Origin: Lepidodermella squamata
Taxonomy: Eukaryota > Animalia > Gastrotricha
Length of the DNA: 64,000 bases
NCBI GenBank assembly: GCA_047495785.1
Contig: JBLDXI010000004.1
Span: 1,736,001-1,800,000 of the forward strand
Direction of reading: 5' to 3'
The translations under genes were made by a program, and so were the position numbers. Below, piece after piece: positions 1 through 18,520 of the stretch (positions are counted from its first letter, which is position 1; every line of letters starts with the position of its first letter). A model generated the notes under the pieces. The model worked only from the letters and a program-made list of their open reading frames with translations, was not told the origin of the DNA and ran no database searches.

Positions 1-383
1 AATTCGACAAAGCCGAGGAAGAAGCCTGGCAGAGATGACGTGGTTGAAGAACCGGCAAAGTCGAGAAACAAGACGAAACATGCGAAGCAAATGTCCGCTA
101 CTGGGTCGGTTACGGTTTTTATCGAACGTTTTCTATAATTCTTGTTTTATTTGCGCTTGTTTACAAATAAATTATAGTCTTAACCTAAAAGCAAGCTTTT
201 CCAGCGAATTCCGATCGGAGAGCAACTATTATCTGTTATCTGAATTGCCAAATGATAAACTCAACCGCCATTAAAACTAGCTCTCCAGCGACATTTTAGG
301 TAGCATTAACAATTTCAATAAGGTTGGTCAAGTGTTTTCAACTTTTTACATTCTTGCTGGTCACTGGCATCCGAGACTGCAGT

Positions 384-5284
<4,901 letters not shown>

Positions 5285-7708
5285 TTGACGGTAAAATTGC
5301 GTATGTAAAACTCTAGATAGGGTCAACAACTTTTCAAATCAAAGCTCGAAATTAGCAGGAGTAGAATTCAGTCATAGAACGGGCAGATAAGCAAGCTACC
5401 TCCTTATGCCCCTCGTCCTTGTCCTACTTTTCCCTGTTTGAGCTCGTCCAAAAATCCGATAAATGAATCACAGCCCAGGGAAAAATAATGCATGATGGGT
5501 AGAAACAATCGCTAACAATCGGCCACTCACGTTCAAAATGTCGCTAATTAGGAGCCCGCAACTTTTCACGATGGATGGTAAGAAACCATAGATAAAAAAC
5601 ATACATTTATTTCAAAAATAAAAGATCAAATAAAATAATTGCAAAATAAAATAAAACAAATAAAGCAAACGAAGAAAGGTTGAATAATAATGCTAAATAT
5701 TATTCAAATTTTCAAAAGATAATGTAAAATGTATAGACTCGACAAAAAAAGGAATCACGCCATGGCTGCTTTTGCTGACTTCGTTTGAAAATCTCCCATA
5801 TTACCTTAAGAGCTCGTCGGAACAGCCTTTTAGCTTCATGCACTCCGAGAAGCTATTGCGCGATTTAGGTGCATCGCCGAAGCTAGAAGCAGGATCGTTG
5901 CTTGAAAACCATGTATCGGCGACTGCTGGCATGCAGTTATAAGCAAAGAGATCTGAATCCGTTCTTCGCGTTTAGCAAAACTTACTAAATGGCATGATGG
6001 CATGATGAACCCTCACTAAACTAACAGCTAGTTATTTAATTTGATAGGCTAAGGATCATGCTCAGCTTACAAACATTGAAGTTGAAGTCATCCGAGTCGG
6101 ATGGAGTTTTAGGACATCGCCTTGGTGGATGCATTTCTGGCATTTGAAAAGTAGGGCGAAATGAAGGGCGAAATGAAGGTAGCCGAAATGATAGCTTCAC
6201 CTACATATATCAGAGGAGGAGCGATTGTCCAATGAACGCGACACGTTTTTGCCGAACTCAAGACATCAGTTCACACTCACAGGTGGCGGCAGAGCCACTG
6301 AGATGACACCTGGGCCTGGGCCGCTCAGGTGTTATCAATCACGCTAATAAACTTGGGTGATAAACTTTATTGCCATGGCTATGCTCGTTTTCACACTAAC
6401 AACTCACTTTTATCCGCTTGGCCGAAATATTTTATACCTATACGAAAAAGCTATTGAGTCATTTGCATATGCTTTAAGGCTGTTATTGTAGGTCCCTTGC
6501 GATTCGTTTTCTCAAATTCGACCAATAGAGATAACTAGCTGTTTCAGCTAGACCCGTACTGGCGCCCTGATACACGAGGCACCCTTACTCAGTGCCTTTG
6601 AGTACTGAGCTGAGCATAAATCAGATATGTCGCCTCTATATGCAATTTCAAATGAAGACTTTTTCATTTCCTTTACCACATGTGTTAGGCATGGCAGGTC
6701 GTAGATGGACAAACTCATCGATGCGGATTGCTATGGCTATGGCTACAACTGAGCTTGGTTGGTACAAAGCAACGCCTTGTGATCTTCGCTTGCCGCTAGC
6801 TGCCCCATCTCCTGCAGAATCCAAGCTGCTCTACTGCCAAGGTAGGGCCGATCGATTGGACTTACTAGAAGAACGCAGCCTGGGTTCGCATTTTCAACGT
6901 TAACCAACGCTTTCATGGTGTCAATGTTTTTTAGTTGTGATTACCCTGTGCTGTATACTCCATAGAGATGAGCCAACCATGCAAGAATGTATTCTCGTCG
7001 TCGGCATAAGTGCCCAAGCTTGGTTGGTCCAAGTCAACACCTCTTTTTCTCGTATCGCTAGCTACCGCGCCTCCTGCAGCATCCCATTTTTCTACCACTT
7101 GGATGCACTCTACACTCTACCTAGTCCAATCAACTATGCAAGAAAAACGAGGCGGCTGGATTTTCATGAGAATCAGCCGACCTTGGTGATCAGCAAATAT
7201 CATTTGTCCAGCCTAAATGTTCGCGATTGGACCCGCTGTTATTTCTTTTATTCAATTTCATTTGATTCTTGTATAGTTGTGGCAATGTTTTATTGGATCT
7301 GAAATAATATGAGCTCCATAGAAGATTGAAGCGGAGCCATAACCGCTAAACGCTAAATAGGTGGTTTCCAGCATATCAAGCGTTGCAAAGACACCTATTT
7401 GAATAGAAACAGACGTCGCTAAGGAAAAAATCGATTCTATTCATTGATTCGTGATGAGCAATAGAGCATAGACTGTTACAGACACTGCATTTTCCCTGAG
7501 ATTTAATTCGAGCTGAATTAGCAAAGACCACTTTTCAGGTCACCTCATCCGCCCACTGTAATTCCCATCAATTTCTAAAATCGAAAACTCACTATTGCCC
7601 ATTTGAGAAAAATTGTTTATTCCCTGTTCACGGGGTTTCAATCACATATTATAATTGTTCCTGTTGCTCGAACTGTTCAAAATGACTTAAAAACGCTATA
7701 ACCTAATA

Positions 7709-7936
7709 CCGGGTCCCCTACAAAGTAGAGAAAATTTAGCAAAACGCTTCAAAGCAGCAAAATAAAAATGGCTTCAGATTAAAATACTATCATTAATTCG
7801 AAACATGCTGATCATTGCACAACACTCTACATATATTAATTTTTTGTGAGAGTTCTTTAAAGCCATTTGGTCTGGTGTGTGCGCCATTTGTTGCATTATA
7901 CTTTCTTTGAAGCCTTTAACTTTGTAGGAGACCCGT
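7709..7936. mobile_element. Probable MITE
   Basis: Inverted ends CGGGTCCCCTACAAAGT / ACTTTGTAGGAGACCCG. Confidence 0.45.
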
Positions 7937-8705
7937 CATTTTTCGCAAAAATGTCATTTTTCTTACATTTCGAGCTCAGATCTGCCGTAATATAACGAAT
8001 TTGTGGTCAATCAGAGATCAGCGTATCTTTAGCCTCTGCTTTGCAATTCGATTCAAATTCAAGTCAAATGAGCCAGCTTCTGATATATCGTTTGAGATCA
8101 AATGGGCCTTTTGTCGCCCGGGAAATTTATATTTAGCAGTGAGAATTTAGCACTTGATTCCGCAGATGAATCCCGCCCGCCACCACAGCACCAGTAGTGA
8201 TTCGTTGGCTCCGTTCTCTCTGCTTGAGAATAAATAAAGGCGATAATTCAAGTATCATATTAGCTATTAGCGATGCTGTCCGACTGTCCGACTGTAGAGA
8301 CCCGCGGTCATTCAGGATTCGGTGGCCTCGGGCCTCGGCCCATCCATTCGACGAATTTTCGAATTTTTCAACCGATACTGCTACCAAGTGCTATGATGCT
8401 ACTCCGTTCTTTGCGATGGTCCTAACTGTCGGTTTAAAACAGCGACGCACAAGCATTCAAAATTTATGACAAAACATTCGTCGTAAGATCTTTGTCTTCG
8501 TCTTCAAAGCCATCATTAACTATTCATAGCAGTATAAGACATCGCTGCTTAGTGTTATCATCGGATGAATAAATCCCTGGCACACAATGACGATTTCTTC
8601 GAGAAAGCCCTTCAGATTTCTCCCTTGATGGATTAATAATGCATAAGGAATTTCGTTATAAAATCTCGCAGTGAACTTGAAAAATGACGAATCTCGAGTT
8701 GGAAC

Positions 8706-11462
8706 ATGATACTCATAGCTTTGCTAGCTGTTTTCAGTCTCGCTTCGGCGGAAATGGTGTTCCGAGGGCGATGCACGCGCCTCATGCAGACCTCCGAGTC
8801 GTTCATCACCCTCGACCTGGGTGATCTCGTACTGAATCGCTACATCATTTTCCCGATCGTAACAGCTGTGTCTCAAGAGAACTGCGGCACTCGTTGCCTG
8901 TCCTCCGGCGATCCGCCCTGCCGAAGTGCGTTCTACGAGTCGTACAACAGAACCTGCGTCCTGCTGAGAGCTTTTCAAACGCAAGCCCTTGAATTCGACC
9001 GTCCTGAAGGGGCGAGTAGGCCGAGCCGCGGGGTTCTCATCTCAGCGGCTAGCATAACCGACAGTGGCGTGACAGACCGTCTGAATGGCGTCGAAGGCTG
9101 CAAGGAATTTTGCCCATTGCCTGGTCAGACTACCGAGGAAAGCGTGGCGCCGGTTTGCGTCAAGGATTGCGATGACTCCAAAACGTACTGCGCGGGTAAA
9201 AAGACGGAGAAATGCCTCGTTTACAATTTTGTAATAATTTTTCGACAGGTGAGGAATACGGCTGTGTGGAATACCCACGGCAGTCTGTATACTTGCAGTA
9301 CAGCGCGATCAGGTCTGGCAATGTAATCGCGGTAAGACCCGTCGATCTCTGAACACCTCGAAATTTTGAATTTGACTTTGAAAATGAAGTCTGGAACGTT
9401 TGTGAAACTGTACGATTTCACGCACATTCGAGTCACGCTGAATTTTCCTTGGTAAGAAACTGAAGATTTCCAACTCGAGTTCGACTCATCAGTTGCATGC
9501 CTTAGGTATTCGAGCAGCCAAGGCACCACAGGACGAGAAGTTGCTTACATCGACGTCACCCTTGCTGGGATGAAATGCCAAGGCGAAAGAGGGTTTGTTT
9601 TAAGATATCCAATTCATCACTCTATACAAAAGTTTGATAATTCAAATTTCAGATTTGCCCATCACATCGGCAAAGACATGAAAAACATTGGAACGGATTT
9701 AACATCGAACCCGGGTCAAACTATTGCAGGTATTCAGCGTGATTCAATCAACACTCATTTTCACAAAGGACTCATTCTTTGAAGGGGAAATGCTGTGTAC
9801 GAATACTGAAATTGCGAGTGGTAGCCGAAGTTTTTCGGTTAACTTGCGCCGCGAGCAAACTCAGCAGATGTCGGTACTGCTGGGTGCGACTTTCAGCAGC
9901 TACTCATCACCGGCGTTCATCTACTTTGAAGAGTTCATCCCATCGGCATACTTCTTCAAAACAGGTTATAGTGCTGCGTTATTTATTTTCGAAGAAAGTG
10001 CTTGGCTGACCTTGGCTGAAATTTCAGATGACACTGCTAGATGCCAATCTGCCACTGTTTACAACACGCATTCCGAGCAATTCCAGGAATCCTTCCCGTA
10101 CCAGAGAGGAGAGGTCCTTACTCCTTATGTAAGACAAAGTCCTTATGAAATTTACTAACGTAGCATTCATCATTGTACTAAGAATTACCCATATTTTAGG
10201 GTAATTTATTCAGTTTTTTATTAATCCCGAAGTCATAATTCTAGGCTGGGAAATTTCAAAAGTCCGCTATCAGTTAGGCCCTGTGAATTTCTGTGAATTT
10301 AATAAATTTTGATCACAGCGCATATTAAAATTCAAGAAGCGAAGTGAGACTTCGCTGTTTCGAATTTACTGGCACGCCAAAGTGATGTTCGACGTTTACC
10401 GGCGATGCCTGCGTGTTTTCGCGACAATCAACGGCCGCCAGTGCACGGACCCGGCGCCCATCCAGCAGACGTTCTACCAATGGCAGCAACACTCGAGCAC
10501 TGGGTGTCGGCAAAACACAGCCGCAACGACCTTAAACCGTAAAGAAGCATTTAGACACCCAAAAATCGAAATAATTTCTTTCATTTCAGTCGATGGCGTT
10601 TGCCGAAATTTACCAGCGGGTAAATATGATATCAACATTTTTGTGGACCAGTTGTGCATCGACTTTGGGCCAGATCTTGAGAGGTAACTATTAAGACTCG
10701 AGATGGCCTCTAAGATAATGATTTCTCTTAGTTTCATCGAGGTTAACATTGGAAATAGCCAGCCGTCGCAGCTGTTGGTTGAAGAGATTCGGGAAAACCT
10801 ACCAACTAACGGTTTGCTACTATCGGACGGCAGCCTAGTCGATTTGCCGTACTTCAATCGCAAGTACTGGACCTTCACCGGCAGTTGTCGCCACAGCGGT
10901 GACTGCTCAGGTGGCACGTGCCTCACTACGCCATGCGTTAATCGAGCTTTCCAGGCGTTTTCTTGGACGAAGCTGCACGACACGTCAGCGATTCACGTCA
11001 AGTGGTACGGAGGCCAGTACATGGGCACGGATGTGCTGTTCTCGGATTACCTTACAGATATCTTACGCTGGTACATCATGTTCAACGGCGCCGAGTGCAG
11101 ATCGCCGACCAAAATCGAGAGTCAGATGATTATGAACGCGAACTACCACGGCTTCAGAACAAGCCGGCCGACTTACGGTAAATGCTAACTGAATTCACTT
11201 GCTTACTGAAAATGAAGCTGTTGTTTAATTCTAGTCGAAGGCATTTGCGATATGCCAATCCAAGCCGGTCTTGTCAATTTGACGATACATTACGGCGTGA
11301 AATCGAACGCCTATCCATATTTGCGTTACGAAAGCGGTGAGCTGTGTTACTCATCTAAATTATCGAATTTTCCTTAAATTTTTGACTTTCCTCGAAACAG
11401 GAATAGGAACCGGTGGAACGTCTTACTTCATGGTCGAGGAAATATTTCCAAAACGTCTGTAA
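8706..11462 (+). CDS. Secreted PAN/Apple-like + 3x CTHRC1-C-terminal-like domain protein, paralog A (multi-exon)
   Basis: Signal peptide MILIALLAVFSLASA. PAN-like Cys pattern ENCGTRCLSSGDPPCRSAFYESYNRTCVL. Three domains follow the CTHRC1 C-terminal pattern F.K..D.S.LRV...RW...NG.EC..P..IE...VEG.C..I.AG...EE, e.g. WTKLHDTSAIHVKW..RWYIMFNGAECRSPTKIE..VEGICDMPIQAGLV..MVEEIFP. GT-AG introns keep frame; TAA at 11460-11462 is followed by AATAAA. Confidence 0.8.
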
Positions 11463-11854
11463 ATAAACGGTTATGAAATGCGACAAACTAATCTCTATCC
11501 TTTGCTTATATTCCTTGCCAAAAATAATTTATGAGATCGATGAGTGAATCTCAAAGAATAAAGCTTAACTTTATGCAGAATTCATGACGAGAAGAAAAGG
11601 AGCGGCGGGCTACCTGTGGATACCATTAATAAAAAATGACACTGTCCAAGTGCAGAAAATTGCGAGGTATGATTTCAACATTCAGCCAATCAATACCCGC
11701 TATTGTTCTAAGCGCTAAATCGAACTTCTCTCCTCAGAGAAAAAATGATATATTTTCTCAAAGAGATTTGGGCATGAATATTTTATTAAGAAGCATCGCT
11801 TGCAGGAAGGAAAATCTGGTAGAACCGAGTTTTTGCTTCAAGTAGCTGAAAAAA

Positions 11855-14800
11855 ATGAATACGAAGCTAGCTGTGTTGTTACTGGCCTGTGTGCTAAGCT
11901 ATGCCTCGGCTGAAATGGTGTTCCGAGGACAATGCACGCGCCTGATGCAGACCGTCGAGTCGTTCATGACCCTCGACCTCAGCGACGTGGTCTTCGGCCG
12001 TTACGCTATCTACCCGTACCAGACCGTGCCCGACCAGACCAGCTGTGCCACGCGGTGCTTGTCCTCGCCCAACCCACCGTGCCGCACTGCTTTCTACGAA
12101 CCCTACAATCGCACCTGCATTCTGATGCGAGCGACCAAGGTCCAGGCTCGGGATTTAGACCGGCCTGAGGGCGCTACCACCCCACTACGGGGTATCCTGA
12201 TCTCGGCGGTTAGTCTGACGGAGGGCGGGGTGACGGATCGTGGCAACGGGGTACAGGACTGTTCTGACATCTGCCCAGCCGTGTCTGATGGCTCAGTGAC
12301 GCCCGTCTGCATCAAAGATTGCGACAACTCAAAGTCGTACTGCGCCGGTGAAGAGTACGGCTGCATGGAATACCCGCGTCAGGTGCTTTTCATGCAGTAC
12401 ACCAGCCAAGTGTGGGGCGGCAGCTTCGTCATCAAGGTAAGTAACCTCGTTCGAAACATCCTGGGGTTCAATTGTCCCCCATGGGCTGAAAAATGAAGTG
12501 TTGATAAGCTTAAGCACTTTGGGAAATCAGAAACCAACATTGAGAAACACTTGAATTTTGCCAAAAAAATTATATTTTGCTGTCGAGGATCCTGGTTACA
12601 GAATTGAACATGAATTTTGTTCGCTTAGTCTGGTAGTTTTAACAAGCTGTACGATTTCACGCATATGCGAATAACTCTCGGCTTCACTTGGTAAGTCTTT
12701 TGTAACCCCACGTTATCCTCGTCGTCTGATCAATGTGAAAACATTAGGTTCTACTCGGGCCAGCCTACAACCGGGCGAGAAGTTGCGTACATCGACGTGA
12801 CACTGGCTGGTTCGAAGTGCCTGGGCGATGCCGGCTACTCGCACCAAATCGGCAAAGACATTAAGACGACGGGCACGAGCCTTGTGTCGAGGATCGGCTT
12901 CAACATTGGCGGCGAAATGGCGTGCACGGGCGTCGACATTCCGGACGGCTCGCGGTCGTACGAAATTGCCGTGCGCCGCGAGCAGTCAGGTTCTGGGACT
13001 GTCAATATCGGCGCCGAATTCAGCACCTACAACAATCCAGCTTTCATCTACTTCGAAGAGTTCGTCCCAGCCTCTTATCTCTTTAAAACAGGTTAAATAG
13101 CCGAGATAATTCGATGATCTTTTAAATTCTTGGTTTTTGAAGATGACACTGCTAAGTGCCAATCCGCGACAGTTTACAACACGGTGGCGGAGCAATTCCA
13201 AGCCAGTGTTCCCTACACCAAAGGCGAATTGCCGACGCCTTATGTGAGTTTCCTTGCTCTTATTCGGTGAATTGTGTACAAATCAGTGTATTATACCAAC
13301 CGGTTTTTATTCTGAAAAAACCGACCACCGGTTTAAACCAGTTTATTCCGGTAAAAAACACCGGTTTTTATTAATTTTACTAAACATATAGGATTTGGCC
13401 AAGTAGAGAGTCCAACAGCTCAAATTCCTTAGCTCACATCAACATTTCGACTGCACCACGTTAATCTACGCGTAAAACTGCATAGTTTGATGTATTACTC
13501 GCCTATTATTATGAAAAAAATAGCCAAAATTTCTTGGATGCAATAAAGCAATAAAAATTAAAAAAATTGGTAATTATCTCCGGATCTAGGATAGCTATGA
13601 AAATTCTGAAAAAGGGATTGAATTCCCCGTGCAAACTTTAACCCTCTGGGGTTTCTAAGGGGGATCTTGAGATCAAAAGACGCGGTTTTGCCGATTCTTT
13701 TGAAAAAAAGTTTTTTACCATCTCCCGCTTGTCAATTAAATAACCGGAAGTGAATTTTGATTTTGCAATATTTTCTTTATTTTAACGAATTTCGCAGAGA
13801 AATTTGGCTTATATGGGTAATCTGAGGCGCTGAACACGCTGAGCGCATCAGTTTCTTCACTGGGATTATCGATTGTCGATTCATGGTGAATGATTGATTT
13901 TGAATTTTCTGAAAATTAAACATTTTTTGAATATACCTGAAAATCTTGCATGACAAATGACCCTTCACAACAAGAATTAGCGATGACTATGATAACTAAT
14001 GCAATACCTGATCTCGTGACTGCATCTGGTGTCAAGACTTTGAGCTAGGACGACACATTTTCTATGCTTCTTTACCGTCTAGTCCTTGAATGTGAATGTT
14101 TGAATAAAAACCGCGGTTTTAATAGAATGAAAAAAAACCGGTTTATACCGGTGCCGGTATAAACCGGTATAAACTGGTAAGAGTTTAAACCGAATACACT
14201 GGTACAAATAACTGATAAGAATGAGAATATGAAAGCTATTTATGGAATATTTCATTGAAAAATTGATTTTTACGAAATTCCATTCGAATTAAATGTCTAT
14301 GAGAAGATAGCAGAAAAATTTTGGCTAGGTTCCAGGTCATCACTAGCCAATTTTACTAATTGGAAATTATTTTTTAATAAAGAATACTCTTATCAATGAT
14401 TCCTTACCTAATTCGAGCCAGAATTCGTCGAAATTGAATCGAAATATTTGCTGGAAAAAGGTTCATTTATTGATTTCGGGCCTAATGCAGGGCCCTACCA
14501 CTTTCAAAGCGTCCAAATGGGCCTAAACTCCGATAACAAAGACCTAAGTCAAATCATCACTTAATTTCATTAGCAAACAACTGCATTTTTCGAATTTTGA
14601 CTTTTCAGCAAATTCTCAAGTACAAGAAACGAAGTGACACATCGCTGCTTCGAATTTACTGGCACGCGAAGCTGATGTTCGACGTTTACCGACGATGCCT
14701 GCGCGTCTTCGCGACTATCAACGGCCGCCAGTGCACGAACCCGGCGCCTATCCAGCAGACTCAGTACAAGTGGCAGGAGCACACGGGAACCGGCTGCCGA

Positions 14801-17800
14801 CAGGACGCCGCTGCAACGACTTTCAACCGTGAGTTTGAGAATTTTCGTCAAAATTTACGACGAAAATCTCTGACATTCAAGAGATTGCCACAATTTTTCC
14901 CTTTTTTATTGTCTTAACTCTTTTTTATTGCAGTTGATGGCGTGTGTCGCAATTTGCCAGCGGGAAAGTACGACATCAACATAGTCGTTGACCAGAACTG
15001 CCCGCAATTCGGCCCCGATCTCGAGTCCTACGTCGAGGTGAACATCGGAAACAACCAACCGGCGCAGATGATAGTCGAAGAGGTTCACGAGCTGCTGCCC
15101 ACAAACGGCTTGTTACTCTCAGACGGCACCCTCGTTGATTTGCCGTACTTCAACCGCCAGTACTGGACGTTCACGGACAGCTGCTTGCACCCTGGCTCCT
15201 GCACGAGTGGCACTTGCATGACATCGCCCTGCATCAATGCGCCGTTCAAGGTACGTCCGATGATACCGGCTTCTTGAACAGGATTTCAACCAACTTTTGC
15301 AATTCAGACATTTACAGGGTGGTCGAAGCTGCACGATACTTCGGCCATCCACGTCAAGTGGTACGGCGGCCAGTACATGGGCTCGGACACACTATATCCA
15401 TCGTGGACGAACATCTTCCGCTGGTCAGTGATGCCTGAAGACTTTTAGCAGATAAATCATCTGCTTTAGTAGGCGTAAAAAATGGATTCATTTAAGACGT
15501 CCCCATAGACAAATAATAATTATTATTTGTCTATGGACGTCCCATTCGTTGAATGGATGGGCCGAAGCCATGGGACCCGAATGAGCGCTCTTAGGGTCGC
15601 TTGTAGGGGTGTCTTCATAGTGGGACAGCCTACAGGCATAATTTCTCTTAGAACTAGTAACCAGTGCCTTGGATTTTAGATTTTATTTGATTTAGACCCT
15701 ATTTTCACTCATTTGGAATGACTTGCCTGCCTATAGGCTTTTTCACACTACGGTAAAGTGAAGTAAAAAAAGCGTTAACCGGTCGCGTGCTCGTTGAAGT
15801 GCGTTGAAGTGATGTTAAAATTTCGTAGTGTGAACGCTTCTGTTGAAGCTAAATAGGCTTTTTGATAGCATAAAGCTGTGCAACGGCACTTTATACAACC
15901 CAGAACCAGTTTTAGTTGTCTCTATCGATATTAAGCAAGTAAATAGGCGTGGTAAATCGAAACAGTCCAGGGATTTCACGCCCTTGGAGGGATTGATTTA
16001 TCTATTGCTAAATGTTCATCTAAGTTTGCTCTTTTTGCCAGTCTCTGTTATACCGGGCCGTATATTTCAGATTTGAGGTTTATTCAGGGTCTAGTAATTT
16101 TTTATTATTAGAATTTTTTTTCGAATTTTCTAGTATTGCAAATACCTAACTAATATAACCCTCGACTGCTGATCAGTAAAGGCAATCAACTCATGAGTGA
16201 GTAATAAATATTGGTGGTCAGACTTTTCAGCGCTGTGACTTCCTAGCAAATGAGGGTCGAATCAGTAGTGACCTATTTTATCAGTGACACTGTCAGGAGA
16301 ATTTTTAAAAATTGTTTAGAGTTTTGACAATTGTTGACAAATTTGTGGCAACAATTCATCGAGCCCGAAAGATCAGTGAGAATTAAGCCGCGGCAAATGA
16401 GCAAGGGACGATCAAACTTTATTGAAAATTTCAAGTTGTAAAAATGTAGATGCAATTGAACTCAACTTTTAGTTAATTCCACTGTTCTCTATCCGAGTAC
16501 GGCTGAAATTCTAGGACATTTTTCTTGCCGTGAAATTGCCGTGAATGCTTATGTCACAGCGTAAATGCTACCGAGATGAAACAGCAAAAATCCGAAAGGA
16601 CTGGGATTGGGTTAAATATAAGAGAACCATTGCTGAATCGTACATGAAAAGTAATCACTGCGCAAATGTCGCCGCTGAAACGTCTCAGCATATTCGTGAA
16701 TGATTAATCGACCGCATTGCTCAAAAGTCTCTGCTCATATGTGTCGTACAGCCCCATCTCATAAATGGATAATTGATATCATAAATTCAAGAATGTCCGT
16801 TACAAAACATACCTCTTTTGAGCCTAGGTATTTAATCCTATCGATAGCTAGTGGTTTTTCGGTTTTCGGCACATCTATAAGCACGCATAAAACTGTTGTC
16901 TGGCCTTATTCTTAATTGCAAATATTCAGGCTCCATGGTTATACTAATTTTCTTTTAATTATTAGAGCATAGAAGGCATTTGCCCACTCATCGCTAAGTT
17001 AACTTCTGGCGTTCACACTGCTGTTTAAGTGAAAAAGATCACCAGCTTCAATCAGCTCGTGCTGGGGTATAAGTGCGGTAAAGAATTTGCATTGATTTGA
17101 TGCACGCGCTTTACCGAGCTCGGAAAAAAAATATAAAAAAAACACTTCAACTTAGATATGTTCACACTTGGTTATTAGGAAAAAATGATTTTTAACCAGA
17201 TCGCGTGGATTTGCGGTGATGAATTTTTTTCATTTATATGGCGATTGGCAATCTCAGATAATAACTTCATCGTAGTGGTGAATTTTTTGTGATCACCAGA
17301 GCACGTGTTCACACTACAGGGAATTTTTTTCTCAAAAAAATGCTTCAATTTTCTTCACTTCACCGTAGTGTGAAAAAGCCTAATGTGTTTCCGTCCACGG
17401 ACAATTTCGATTCCAATCTTAAATATTTTAAATCAAAAATATGTAAACTTGACTTTTCTAAACACTGCACTCTCGACAACTAAATTTAAATACATTTTCT
17501 ACCTAATTTCTCTATGATTTTGATATATGTTGACTCTCCTCTTGACTGTTCTATACGCTATCATATTGATTACTATACGGTTCAGAGTTAGTGGCCTGCG
17601 GGTCCTTCTGTATCCTCGAATCTTTTTTTACTGCTTAATTCAGATTTGGAAAGATTGATTCCTGGGGAAGCGTTTCGATTGGATTGATTTTGATTTACTC
17701 TTGAGGATGCAATCGAAAAACTAAGATGTTTCCTATTTTTTATGGAAATTTGCTTCAGAAAGTTAGAGTGGTTTCACATTCACAAAATTCCATCGATTTC

Positions 17801-18423
17801 TGGACATCGAAGCACCAAGCTTCGTGAAAATCGAGATATTTCGCGATTTAATGTGATTTAGCGGTGATTTTATTTGATTGATTCAGTCCTGGGATATTGC
17901 GACAACGATTGATTTTGATTGAAAGAAGGAGGTGATTGAATTCGAATCTCTGTTTAGAGTTTAGAACAATGACTTTCTAGAGATTATTTGATTTTCTGAC
18001 TAAACAAATCTGACTAAACAAATTTTTCCGATTTGCAGGAACGTAAAATTGAACGGCGTCGATTGCAGTTCTCCGACGACAATTGAATCGCAGATGATTG
18101 ACAACGATTCGTACCACGGCTTCAAATTCAGTCGGCCAGTTTATGGTTCGTAAAAAATTCCAACATTCCCTATAAATCTAGGTGAATTGTTTGTGATGTT
18201 GTAACAGTTGAGGGCATTTGCAACATGCCGATCGCATCTGGCCCGGTGACGTTCACTGTCCACTACAGCGTCAAGTCTGGCACTTATCCGTATTTGCAAA
18301 ACGAAAGCGGTGAATTTCAATTCAATTTACCAATGATTATATCTACTTTTCTTCGCATTAGGCATCGGAACGGGCGGTACTTCGTACTTCATGGCTGAAG
18401 AAATTTTCCCGAAAAATCTGTAA
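11855..18423 (+). CDS. Secreted PAN/Apple-like + 3x CTHRC1-C-terminal-like domain protein, paralog B (multi-exon)
   Basis: Collinear and clearly similar to paralog A (AEMVFRG.CTRLMQT.ESF.TLDL; YRRCLRVFATINGRQCT.PAPIQQT; KLHDTSAIHVKWYGGQYMG; TGGTSYFM.EEIFPK.L*). Large introns ~13244-14609 and 15424-18038 contain transposons. Confidence 0.8.
13284..14201. mobile_element. Non-autonomous hAT element (918 bp), intronic
   Basis: TIR CAGTGTATT / AATACACTG, 8-bp TSD GTACAAAT, subterminal AAACCGGT repeats at both ends. Confidence 0.85.
15504..15535. mobile_element. 32-bp perfect-palindrome mini-element with 8-bp TSD
   Basis: CATAGACAAATAATAA/TTATTATTTGTCTATG flanked by GACGTCCC on both sides. Confidence 0.75.
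15736..17380. mobile_element. Non-autonomous DNA transposon (PIF/Harbinger-like termini), 1.6 kb, intronic
   Basis: TIR GGCTTTTTCACACTACGGT.AAGTGAAG / CTTCACTTCACCGTAGTGTGAAAAAGCC, TA-flanked, internal GTTCACAC repeats, no transposase ORF. Confidence 0.7.
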
Positions 18424-18520
18424 AAAAAACACTCCTCATACTGGACCATGTGACTTTACTCACGTAAACTCTTCACTAAAAACGACGTTTTAATAAAATG
18501 CAAAAACAAATAGCTAAATT

